DNA from: an uncultured Bacilli bacterium
GTDB lineage: Bacteria; Bacillota_I; Bacilli_A; RF39; UBA660
Reading direction: 5' to 3'
DNA length: 32,000 bases
NCBI GenBank assembly: GCA_947627435.1
Contig: CANQWB010000004.1
Location: 19,331-51,330, forward strand
This document shows positions 1 through 6,766 of this stretch, piece after piece (positions within the stretch are counted from its first letter, which is position 1; every line of letters begins with the position of its first letter). The notes under the pieces were generated by a model. It did not search any database and was not told the DNA's origin. It worked only from the letters and a program-made list of their open reading frames with translations. Both the position numbers and the translations under genes were made by a program.

Positions 1-350
1 TGATTGCGAATTGCTTTACATATCACTTGTTGTTCTTCTCTATCATCTGAAAGTATAGATAAAAATTGGTCTTTTATAATCTTTTCTCCTAAGTCGGCAT
101 GATCAATGGAATGTCTATCTTCATATGTTTTGTATTCTGTCCATTGGGAAAATCTACCAATATCATGATATAGTCCAATCACTAAGGCTAGATTTTGATC
201 TTCTTCACTTAAATGTATGGATTTAGCAATCTCATAGGCATAATTCATCACGCGAAAAGAATGATGAAACTTTCTCATAATAGCTTCATCTTGCATATCA
301 AAATTTTTTACATATTGAATAAAAGTTTTTCGGCATTGTATAGTATCCAT
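1..350 (-). CDS. HD/HDIG-domain metal-dependent phosphohydrolase (C-terminal part lies outside the window)
   Basis: The minus-strand frame is open to the window edge. The ATG at 350-348 is preceded by AGGAGAGG. The translation MDTIQCRKTFIQYVKNF...FHHSFRVMNYAYEIAKSIHLSEEDQNLALVIGLYHDIGRF... carries the H...HD(IG) metal-ligand signature of the HD superfamily. The ORF is absent from the supplied track because it is truncated. Confidence 0.75.
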   Translation of the reverse strand, partial: MDTIQCRKTFIQYVKNFDMQDEAIMRKFHHSFRVMNYAYEIAKSIHLSEEDQNLALVIGLYHDIGRFSQWTEYKTYEDRHSIDHADLGEKIIKDQFLSILSDDREEQQVICKAIRN

Positions 351-365
351 GATAAATCCTCTCCT

Positions 366-585
366 AAAAAAATCATCACATCCTATAAGGACGTGATGAC
401 GTGGTACCACCTTAATTTATAACCTAAGTTATCTCAAACTCTTTAACGCAGAAAAACGAAATATTCTACTTCATTTCAAATATTCAGCTCCCAAGCTACC
501 TTCTAATGGTTATCTAATCTGTTTGCACCTACCACAGACTCTCTTCTTAGCATTCCATTATACTCCTCTTGTTCAAAGCTTTTAT
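366..585 (-). promoter_or_regulatory. T-box riboswitch leader with a glycine (GGU) specifier and an intrinsic terminator
   Basis: Read on the minus strand. The stem I 5' side is GGAGTA, followed by helix TAATGG/CCATTA. The specifier loop is GAA-GGT-A, with the codon being the complement of 498-500. An F-box GCGTTA is present. The T-box core is AAGGTGGTACCACG (about 400-413). The antiterminator is AAGG[TGGTACC]ACGT-CATC-ACGT-CCTT. The terminator is TCATCACGTCC-TTATA-GGATGTGATGA (373-399) followed by T7, then the RBS and ATG of the HD gene. Confidence 0.85.
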
Positions 586-588
586 AAC

Positions 589-617
589 ATTATATGCGTA
601 AATAAAACTTTTGTCAA
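589..617 (-). promoter_or_regulatory. sigma-A type promoter for the T-box/HD-gene transcript
   Basis: On the minus strand there is TTGACA (612-617), a 17-nt spacer, and TATAAT (589-594). It sits directly upstream of the T-box stem I. Confidence 0.65.
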
Positions 618-622
618 TGATT

Positions 623-662
623 AAAATAAAAACACAAATGGATTTGATTGACAAATCTTCCA
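623..662 (-). terminator. probable intrinsic terminator after the SpoIID-like gene
   Basis: On the minus strand, GG-aa-GATTTG-tcaat-CAAATCC is followed by the T-rich run ATTTGTGTTTTTATTTT. It lies 38 nt past the stop at 700. Confidence 0.45.
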
Positions 663-699
663 TTCATATATATGCTGATACAATACCCTAATTGGCATA

Positions 700-2007
700 T
701 TATGACAAACTTAAAACAGTCCCAGGATAATAATGCGCTAAAATTTGATGATAACTATAACCAGCATTGGCCATTCCATTGGCACCATATTGACTCATAC
801 CAACACCATGACCCCATCCACGCGTTGTAACAACCAAATTCCCATTTTCAATATGTAAATCAAAATCAGCAGAACTCAACCCTAATAAATTTCTTAAATC
901 TACTCCTTGATAAATTTGATTTTGGATACGTACTTCTGCCACCCTACCACTTTCATTACGACTTAAGATTTCGATATCCCCTTCCTGTAAATTGGTAATT
1001 CCAAATATTTGTAATATTTGATTCATATCTTTATATTCTGTTTTTAAATAAAAAGTGGTATTCATATCATAACTGGAATCCACACTTTGCAAATAAGGAA
1101 CCTCATATCCCCATACATTCCTTGCTGCTTCTGTTTTCCCATTGCTCGTCGAGTGATACACAGCATCAATATACTGACCTTGATAACGCAAAGTTTCTCC
1201 CTTTGTACTTTGGACAGCATCTTTTATTTTATTATAATAAAAATCAAAAGAAGAACCCCACATATTACGTAGCTGCCCTTCATCATAATAGACTTGTGTA
1301 TCAGTAGTATCTGTTAACCTTTTTCCTTCACTTTGATATTTCAAAGCATAAGTGCGAGCAAGTACGGCTTGTGCTTGTAAAGCGGGAAGTGAAAATGATG
1401 CAGGAATTTCGGCAGCAACCACACCTGTCACATAATCTTCTAAAGCAAGTGTAACCGGAACACCACTACGGTAAATAGTAATTGGATGCTCTATGATTTG
1501 CTCTTGGATAGGAGATTCTGGTACTGACTCTGATGGTAATTGTTGAGTTTCATTGGTCGATGAAACTGACTCTGATGTTGGTTCTACGGACGATACAGAA
1601 TGGGATGTTTCTTGGGTATCCGTTGTTTCTATATCTACATTTATATTCATCTCATTATCTGGTTGCATTTCTTCTATTTGTACTTCTTTATCGATCAAAT
1701 CATAAAAAGAATTATCTGTTAATTGTTCTGTAATCGCAGAAGACATATATAAATTTGGATCTGCTGAAACAGGTTTTTGATCATCTCCAAGTAACAATGA
1801 AGCTATTACAATACCACTTGCAAGAATGACTACTTTTTTACCATAGAAAGCAATTCTATTTTTACGGATCCATTCTTCTACTTGCTTTCCGATTTTGCCA
1901 TCTTTCATATTTGAAAAAAATTCTTTACTAAATTCATAATCATAGGAAAGATAACAATATAATACTTCTTGTCCATTCTCATTTTTTACTTCAAAAGATT
2001 CTAACAT
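700..2007 (-). CDS. SpoIID/LytB-domain protein with an N-terminal membrane anchor and an acidic/Ser-rich linker
   Basis: 435-aa ORF. The ATG is preceded by GGTGG. A TM segment (VVILASGIVIASLLL) is followed by a low-complexity linker. The SpoIID-family hallmarks follow: VVAAEIPASF...ALQAQAVLARTYAL...YHSTSNGKTE...GWGHGVGMSQYGANGMA. Confidence 0.85.
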   Translation of the reverse strand: MLESFEVKNENGQEVLYCYLSYDYEFSKEFFSNMKDGKIGKQVEEWIRKNRIAFYGKKVVILASGIVIASLLLGDDQKPVSADPNLYMSSAITEQLTDNSFYDLIDKEVQIEEMQPDNEMNINVDIETTDTQETSHSVSSVEPTSESVSSTNETQQLPSESVPESPIQEQIIEHPITIYRSGVPVTLALEDYVTGVVAAEIPASFSLPALQAQAVLARTYALKYQSEGKRLTDTTDTQVYYDEGQLRNMWGSSFDFYYNKIKDAVQSTKGETLRYQGQYIDAVYHSTSNGKTEAARNVWGYEVPYLQSVDSSYDMNTTFYLKTEYKDMNQILQIFGITNLQEGDIEILSRNESGRVAEVRIQNQIYQGVDLRNLLGLSSADFDLHIENGNLVVTTRGWGHGVGMSQYGANGMANAGYSYHQILAHYYPGTVLSLS

Positions 2008-2032
2008 ATAACCACCATTATTAATATGGGAA

Positions 2033-2070
2033 TAAATAAAAAAAAGAATACGAATTTTTATTCATATTCT
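2033..2070 (-). terminator. intrinsic terminator after clpC
   Basis: The palindrome AGAATAcGAATttttATTCaTATTCT (2045-2070) overlaps the clpC stop codon. It is followed on the minus strand by T8. Confidence 0.55.
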
Positions 2071-4387
2071 ATCTTACTTTTTCTTTGGATAAAGAAACAA
2101 TTTGGATATGATCCTCACCCTTTATCACCTGATCAATAATTTGATTTTCAATTTTATCTTTGATAATTTTATCAATCTTACGAGCTCCAAACTCAGTATA
2201 ATTGGATAATTTACAAATTTCTTCTAGAACAGATGTCTTAATACGTACCGTAATCTTCTTGTGCGCATATTTGTCTTTTAATTCTTTTATTTTTGTATGA
2301 ACTACTTCCATAATATTTTCTTTGGTAAGTGTATGAAAAACAATCACATTATCAATTCGATTCACAAAGGCAACACTAAAATTTTCTTTTAACTTACTTA
2401 GAATCGTATCATGGGATGCTTCATGAAATCCTACATGAATATCGGAAAAACCTATATTAGATGTCATTAAAATAATCACATGGTCAAAACGAATGACTTT
2501 TCCACTCGCATCTTTGATTTCACCTTTTTCTAAAATCTGAAAAAACAAATGAATAATATTAGGATGTGCTTTTTCGATTTCATCTAATATTAAAACAGAA
2601 TATGGCTTATTTCTAATTTCTTCTAAAATATTACGGTTATCGTCATAGCCTACATAGCCTGGAGGTGCTCCTACAATTTTACTGATGGCATGCGCTTCAG
2701 CATATTCACTCATATCTAAACGAATGACATTTTCTTTTCCTACCATACATTCTCCAAACAAAGTAGATAAAGCAGTCTTACCAACGCCCGTTGGTCCCAT
2801 AAATAACATGGAATAACATTCATGTTCATAAAAACCTAACTTAATTTTTTTGGCGATATGAAATAATTCTTCTAATGCATGATCTTGTCCTACAATTTTT
2901 GTTTTCAATTGTTTTTCAAGAGCTGTCACTGTCTTTTCATTATCTGCGAGTAATTCATACACAGGAATCTTAGTTTTTAAATGAACAACTTCAGCAATAT
3001 CTTCTTTGGTAACAGGTTTTCTATTTTTTTGATATAATTTTAATTCTAATTGATTCATTTCATCTAAATACTGATTTTCTTCTTCTTTCAATTGAGATGC
3101 TGTTTCAAAATCATGACGTATTACCGCGTTATTCTTCTCCAAAATTAAATTTTCCACTTTCTTTTTCAATTGATTGTATTTTTTAATATCTTTATTTTCT
3201 TTCAAACTTACTTTAGCGCATACTTCATCTAAAATATCAATGGAGCGATCGGGTTCATTTCGATCATATATATATTTACCAGATAAATCAATTATCAAAT
3301 CAATCATATCTTCACTCATCTCAACAAAATGATATTTTTCATAAATAGATTTTAATTTCATAAGAATATCTTTGACAATTTCTCGTGATGGAATATCTAC
3401 TATAATTTTTTGAAAGCGACGTTCTAATGCACCATCTTTTTCAATATATTTTTTATATTCTGTCGTTGTAGTTGCTCCAATACAACGTAATTTATTACGT
3501 GCCAAAGCAGGTTTAAAAATATTGGATGCATCAATCGCACCTTCTGCTCCTCCCGCTCCTACTAATGTATGAATTTCATCAATAAAAAGGATAATGTCAT
3601 CATTTTCTTCTATTTCTTTTAAAATCTTGCGCATACGTTCTTCAAATTCACCACGATATTTTGTTCCTGCTACTGCGGATGCCATATCTAAACTGATAAT
3701 ACGTTTATTACGCAACTGCATAGGTACTTCTCCACTCACAATCATACGAGATAATTCTTCTACAATCGCAGTTTTACCAACACCAGCTTCTCCAATGAGA
3801 AGTGGATTATTTTTTGTTCTTCTGGATAATACTTCAAGCACACGTTTGATTTCTGCATCCCTACCAATGACAGGATCTAATTCTCCATTTTGTGCTTTTT
3901 GTGTTAAATCGATACCCAATTCTTCTAACAATAGTTTTTTATTTTTTTTATGTTTCTTAGGATTTGTAATACGATATACAAAATCAGAATATAACTGATC
4001 AATATCAATGTTCATACCCATTAAAATGCGAATCGCAACCCCTTCTCCTTCTTCCAACATACTTGAGAATAAATGTTCAATTGTCACTTCGCCACTGTTA
4101 TTTTCCTTACTATCAATAATCGCATTTTCAATAATTCGTTTTAAAAGTGGTGTACGTAAATAATATTCGTTTGGTTCACTTCCTACTCCAATTACAGAAA
4201 TAATTTCTTCTTTGAATTTATGATAATCCAAGCCATATTCTTTTAATTTTTTAGAAATACTATTTTCTCGTTTTAAAATAGAAAGCAATAAATGTTCGCT
4301 TCCCACATATGGATGTTTCAAATCATACATTTCTTTTTTGGCTGCTGCTAAAATTTTCCTTGCTTCTTCTGTAAAATTACCATACAT
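2069..4387 (-). CDS. clpC: Class I Clp/Hsp100 ATPase, ClpC-like (ATP-binding subunit of the Clp protease)
   Basis: 772-aa ORF with RBS GAGGAGA 9 nt upstream of the ATG. The N-terminus has Clp_N repeats (FTEEARKIL...[10 protein letters not shown]; [22 protein letters not shown]). There are two P-loops (GEAGVGKTA and GPTGVGKTA), Walker B motifs ILFIDEIH and [11 protein letters not shown], and a coiled-coil middle region. No ctsR/mcsAB genes lie upstream. Confidence 0.85.
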   Translation of the reverse strand: MYGNFTEEARKILAAAKKEMYDLKHPYVGSEHLLLSILKRENSISKKLKEYGLDYHKFKEEIISVIGVGSEPNEYYLRTPLLKRIIENAIIDSKENNSGEVTIEHLFSSMLEEGEGVAIRILMGMNIDIDQLYSDFVYRITNPKKHKKNKKLLLEELGIDLTQKAQNGELDPVIGRDAEIKRVLEVLSRRTKNNPLLIGEAGVGKTAIVEELSRMIVSGEVPMQLRNKRIISLDMASAVAGTKYRGEFEERMRKILKEIEENDDIILFIDEIHTLVGAGGAEGAIDASNIFKPALARNKLRCIGATTTTEYKKYIEKDGALERRFQKIIVDIPSREIVKDILMKLKSIYEKYHFVEMSEDMIDLIIDLSGKYIYDRNEPDRSIDILDEVCAKVSLKENKDIKKYNQLKKKVENLILEKNNAVIRHDFETASQLKEEENQYLDEMNQLELKLYQKNRKPVTKEDIAEVVHLKTKIPVYELLADNEKTVTALEKQLKTKIVGQDHALEELFHIAKKIKLGFYEHECYSMLFMGPTGVGKTALSTLFGECMVGKENVIRLDMSEYAEAHAISKIVGAPPGYVGYDDNRNILEEIRNKPYSVLILDEIEKAHPNIIHLFFQILEKGEIKDASGKVIRFDHVIILMTSNIGFSDIHVGFHEASHDTILSKLKENFSVAFVNRIDNVIVFHTLTKENIMEVVHTKIKELKDKYAHKKITVRIKTSVLEEICKLSNYTEFGARKIDKIIKDKIENQIIDQVIKGEDHIQIVSLSKEKVR

Positions 4388-4900
4388 AAGATATCATCTC
4401 CTCTATCTATTCTATGTATATGATGAAACAATAACTTACATTTTAATCAACAATTTACTTCTTTTTTCCATGTCTTACTATAACATCTTCAAAATAATAA
4501 ATATGTCGGAGTATAGAAGAGATTAAAAACTATAGATTTTATTTCTTCTATTGAATGGTCATGAATGCGAATATTTTTCCAACATTTGTTTCATTTCACT
4601 CAATTTGGTTTCTAATAATTTTTTATAATTGCATTGTATAGAATAATACCTTTACAATTGCGATCATATGACTTTCCTCTTCTGTTTTTTATATTACTCA
4701 AAACCAACATATTACTGGACCAACTCAATTGTGTCAACAGTGTTGACAATATATATTTCACTATAATCGTAGTGTTTTCTATCATTTATTGAAATATACA
4801 TTTATCATTTTCTTCTGTTATTATACTGGAAATCATTCTAAATCCCTTTTTCCATAATGACTCATACATCTTGTAACATTATTATGTATGGAAATTGATG

Positions 4901-4929
4901 ATAAAAAAAATCAATCATTACGATTGATT
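4901..4929 (-). terminator. intrinsic terminator after the VWA gene; left copy of a 29-30 nt direct repeat
   Basis: On the minus strand, AATCAATC-GTAAT-GATTGATT is followed by T8. The sequence ataaaaaaaatcaatcattacgattgatt recurs at 8919-8948 with one extra A. Confidence 0.7.
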
Positions 4930-4954
4930 GAAAATAAAATAATATGATATCAAC

Positions 4955-6355
4955 TTACTTCGTTTTTCCTTTTATCTCACCTGCTATTTGACAATGATAT
5001 AATTGATTCAGTTGATGATCATCTATATAAATTACTTTACCACCTGGTGGATGAATTTTACGTCCACCAAAGACAATCCAAATCGCATCGATTGAAGTAT
5101 TAGGCATATTTGCTTGTCCATCAGTAAAAATGATCTTATTTTCTACTCTTTTAGTAAATGAATTTACTGCAGTATCAAAGTTCGTTCCGCCTCCACCATA
5201 CAATTTTAAATTATCAATATCTGATAGCGTTTTGATTTCTGTAAATCCATAAAACATGGTATCAAAACAGCCTACTTTCACTTTAGAAGTTGGTAATATA
5301 TTTTTACATTCCCTTAAAAAATTTTTAACAAGTGTTTCATTTATAGAACCACTTGTATCTAAAATAATTTCTGTTTCTGGTCTTGTTATTTCTTCTAAAT
5401 ATGCGGTTACTACACCATCTTCTATCCCCGCATTTTGATATGACCAATCAACGTCATATGTAATTGCCTCTTTTAACAATGTTCTCCAATCAAAAAGTGG
5501 TTTAGCTGTTCCAATATCCGTAATATTTCTTGTTTCACTATTTGTCATACTTCCATGGCCATGTGATTGACTAGCTAATGATTTTCTTAATTCTTCTAGT
5601 TGCTTTTTTCTTTCTAATTTATTTTGCTTAAATGCTTCTTTTTCACCAATTTTTGTTAATTCTTTCGCTTCTTCATTCTTTTCATTTTCTGAATTAAGAT
5701 TTTGCATTTTACTAGATTGTTCTTCTTGATGTTTCTTCTCTATTGCCTTATCCCACATAGCATGCGTATCATGTCCAACATCGCAAGTTTCGTTTTCTTC
5801 GCTTTTAGAAGAAGTGGAAGATGACTCTAAATTACTTTTTTGATTTTGACTTTGACTATTTTGATGATTAGAACTTTCCATGTTTGCATTTGAAAAACCT
5901 TTCCCATTTTGCTTTTGTTGTTCTAAATTAGTATTTTTTGTATCATTACCTTGCCCACTATTTTGTTGCTTTTCTTTTAAAAGTTTTTGATACATTTCTT
6001 CTGCATCATAATGGATTGCCTCTGGAGTATCAACTGCACCTTCTATGATAGATAATCCATCTTGTTTAAGAAAAGCATTGATAACGGAATCAGTAGCAAT
6101 ATTCCATAAATTTTGATCTTTACCTTCACTTCTCACAATATGATTAAATGCAATATGACATATTTCATGTGCGAAAATAAATACTTGTTGATCGTCAGTA
6201 ATCGATTCCATAAAGTTAGAATTATAATAAATATTTGTACCATCCGTTCCAGCTGTTCCTACGGATGTTTTTGAAATAAAGTTGGAATGCACTACTACAC
6301 TTCCAAAAAGAGGATACTTAACTAATAATTTTCTTTTCATTGATTCTAAATTCAT
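4955..6355 (-). CDS. Zincin-like metallopeptidase domain (DUF2201_N-like) fused through a long low-complexity linker to a VWA/MIDAS domain (DUF2201-like)
   Basis: 466-aa ORF. Its RBS AAGGA overlaps the stop codon of the upstream gene. The N-terminus reads LFGSVV...GTAGTDGTNIYYN...FIFAHEICHIAFNH...WNIATDSVINAFL, with the HExxH at 6155-6169. Residues about 125-275 form a Q/N/S/E/K-rich linker. The C-terminus reads ILDTSGS (the DxSxS MIDAS motif at 5345-5359)...GGGGTNFD...IIFTDGQA, which is typical of a VWA fold. Confidence 0.75.
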   Translation of the reverse strand: MNLESMKRKLLVKYPLFGSVVVHSNFISKTSVGTAGTDGTNIYYNSNFMESITDDQQVFIFAHEICHIAFNHIVRSEGKDQNLWNIATDSVINAFLKQDGLSIIEGAVDTPEAIHYDAEEMYQKLLKEKQQNSGQGNDTKNTNLEQQKQNGKGFSNANMESSNHQNSQSQNQKSNLESSSTSSKSEENETCDVGHDTHAMWDKAIEKKHQEEQSSKMQNLNSENEKNEEAKELTKIGEKEAFKQNKLERKKQLEELRKSLASQSHGHGSMTNSETRNITDIGTAKPLFDWRTLLKEAITYDVDWSYQNAGIEDGVVTAYLEEITRPETEIILDTSGSINETLVKNFLRECKNILPTSKVKVGCFDTMFYGFTEIKTLSDIDNLKLYGGGGTNFDTAVNSFTKRVENKIIFTDGQANMPNTSIDAIWIVFGGRKIHPPGGKVIYIDDHQLNQLYHCQIAGEIKGKTK

Positions 6356-6364
6356 AAGACATCC

Positions 6365-6766
6365 TTAAATTTGCGCTAAAAGGGAATAAACTTCTTCATT
6401 CACCTTATTTGCACTCAGATCTGAGCAAGTAACAATCACCAAACAATTTTTAGGTAATTCAAATGTGCTAATTTTTTTATATTTTAATATTTCAATAAAT
6501 TTAGTTTGTTCTTCTAATGCAATTTCATTGATATTCTCAATGACCAAAGCAGTAGGATTTGTTTTACTTTTTTCGATTAACTCTTGATACCACGTTGGAG
6601 GACAAAAATTGGTATTTTCATAATGTCCATTTAATTCTGCTTTTTCAATATTTGATTTTATTATCACTGAAGAACGAAAAAAATTTGAAGGTATATTTTC
6701 AATCAATAACGGAGATACACCAGATTGAATATAATTCTTTAATAAATCTAATCTTTCTTGATTCAT
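6365..6766 (-). CDS. Truncated, catalytically degenerate AAA+ (MoxR-like) paralogue of the upstream ATPase core
   Basis: 133-aa ORF. Its ATG overlaps the upstream stop (ATGA at 6763-6766). It aligns by eye with residues about 360-430 of the 641-aa ATPase. The small ORF reads CPPTWYQELIEKSKTNP-TALVIENINEIALEEQTKFIEIL...LPKNCLVIVTCSD. The ATPase reads VPPTWYSRVLEKCKAEPNKIHIIFFDELTNALPSIQ...LPTNARIVAAGND. The P-loop position reads LLIENIPSNFFRS (no GK[ST]), and the Walker B DE is replaced by EN. Confidence 0.6.
   Translation of the reverse strand: MNQERLDLLKNYIQSGVSPLLIENIPSNFFRSSVIIKSNIEKAELNGHYENTNFCPPTWYQELIEKSKTNPTALVIENINEIALEEQTKFIEILKYKKISTFELPKNCLVIVTCSDLSANKVNEEVYSLLAQI

Noticed and set aside
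213-830. Track ORFs 213-422(+) and 648-830(+).
   Set aside because: The first is antisense to the HD-domain gene and the T-box terminator. The second spans the intergenic terminator region and the antisense 3' end of the SpoIID-like gene. Neither has an RBS or a motif.
3594-3998. 134-aa plus-strand ORF, and similar track ORFs lying antisense inside long genes. These include 1087-1307, 1533-1733, 5256-5438, 6559-6997, 8385-8576, 10119-10331, 13486-13695, 15316-15537, 17930-18139, 18693-18881, 21385-21576, 23859-24068, 24463-24657, 25576-25764, 27487-27699, 28469-28717 and 29722-30219.
   Set aside because: Each lies entirely within, and antisense or out of frame to, a long ORF with clear family motifs. 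Their translations are low-complexity with skewed composition (F/L/I/S-rich), and none has a recognisable RBS. They are typical shadow ORFs of an AT-rich genome.
4743-4767. Plus-strand TTGACA ... TATAAT pair, which looks like a perfect promoter.
   Set aside because: The spacer is only 13 nt (4749-4761), too short for sigma-A recognition. There is also no plus-strand gene downstream. The TTGACA is better explained as one arm of the 4731-4747 palindrome.
4787-4870. 27-codon minus-strand ORF MYESLWKKGFRMISSIITEENDKCIFQ, vaguely like the C-terminal A..LYe..GF motif of GNAT acetyltransferases. It could be a gene relic in the clpC upstream region.
   Set aside because: It is too short and the motif too weak to support a pseudogene call by eye. 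An in-frame stop lies 4 codons upstream of the ATG, and there is no RBS. A tblastn or blastx search of 4388-4900 would settle it.
4388-4900. I looked for a CtsR operator (tandem GGTCAAA heptads) and for ctsR/mcsA/mcsB genes upstream of clpC.
   Set aside because: I found no tandem GGTCAAA or TTTGACC repeats on either strand and no ORFs. I therefore make no CtsR-box call.
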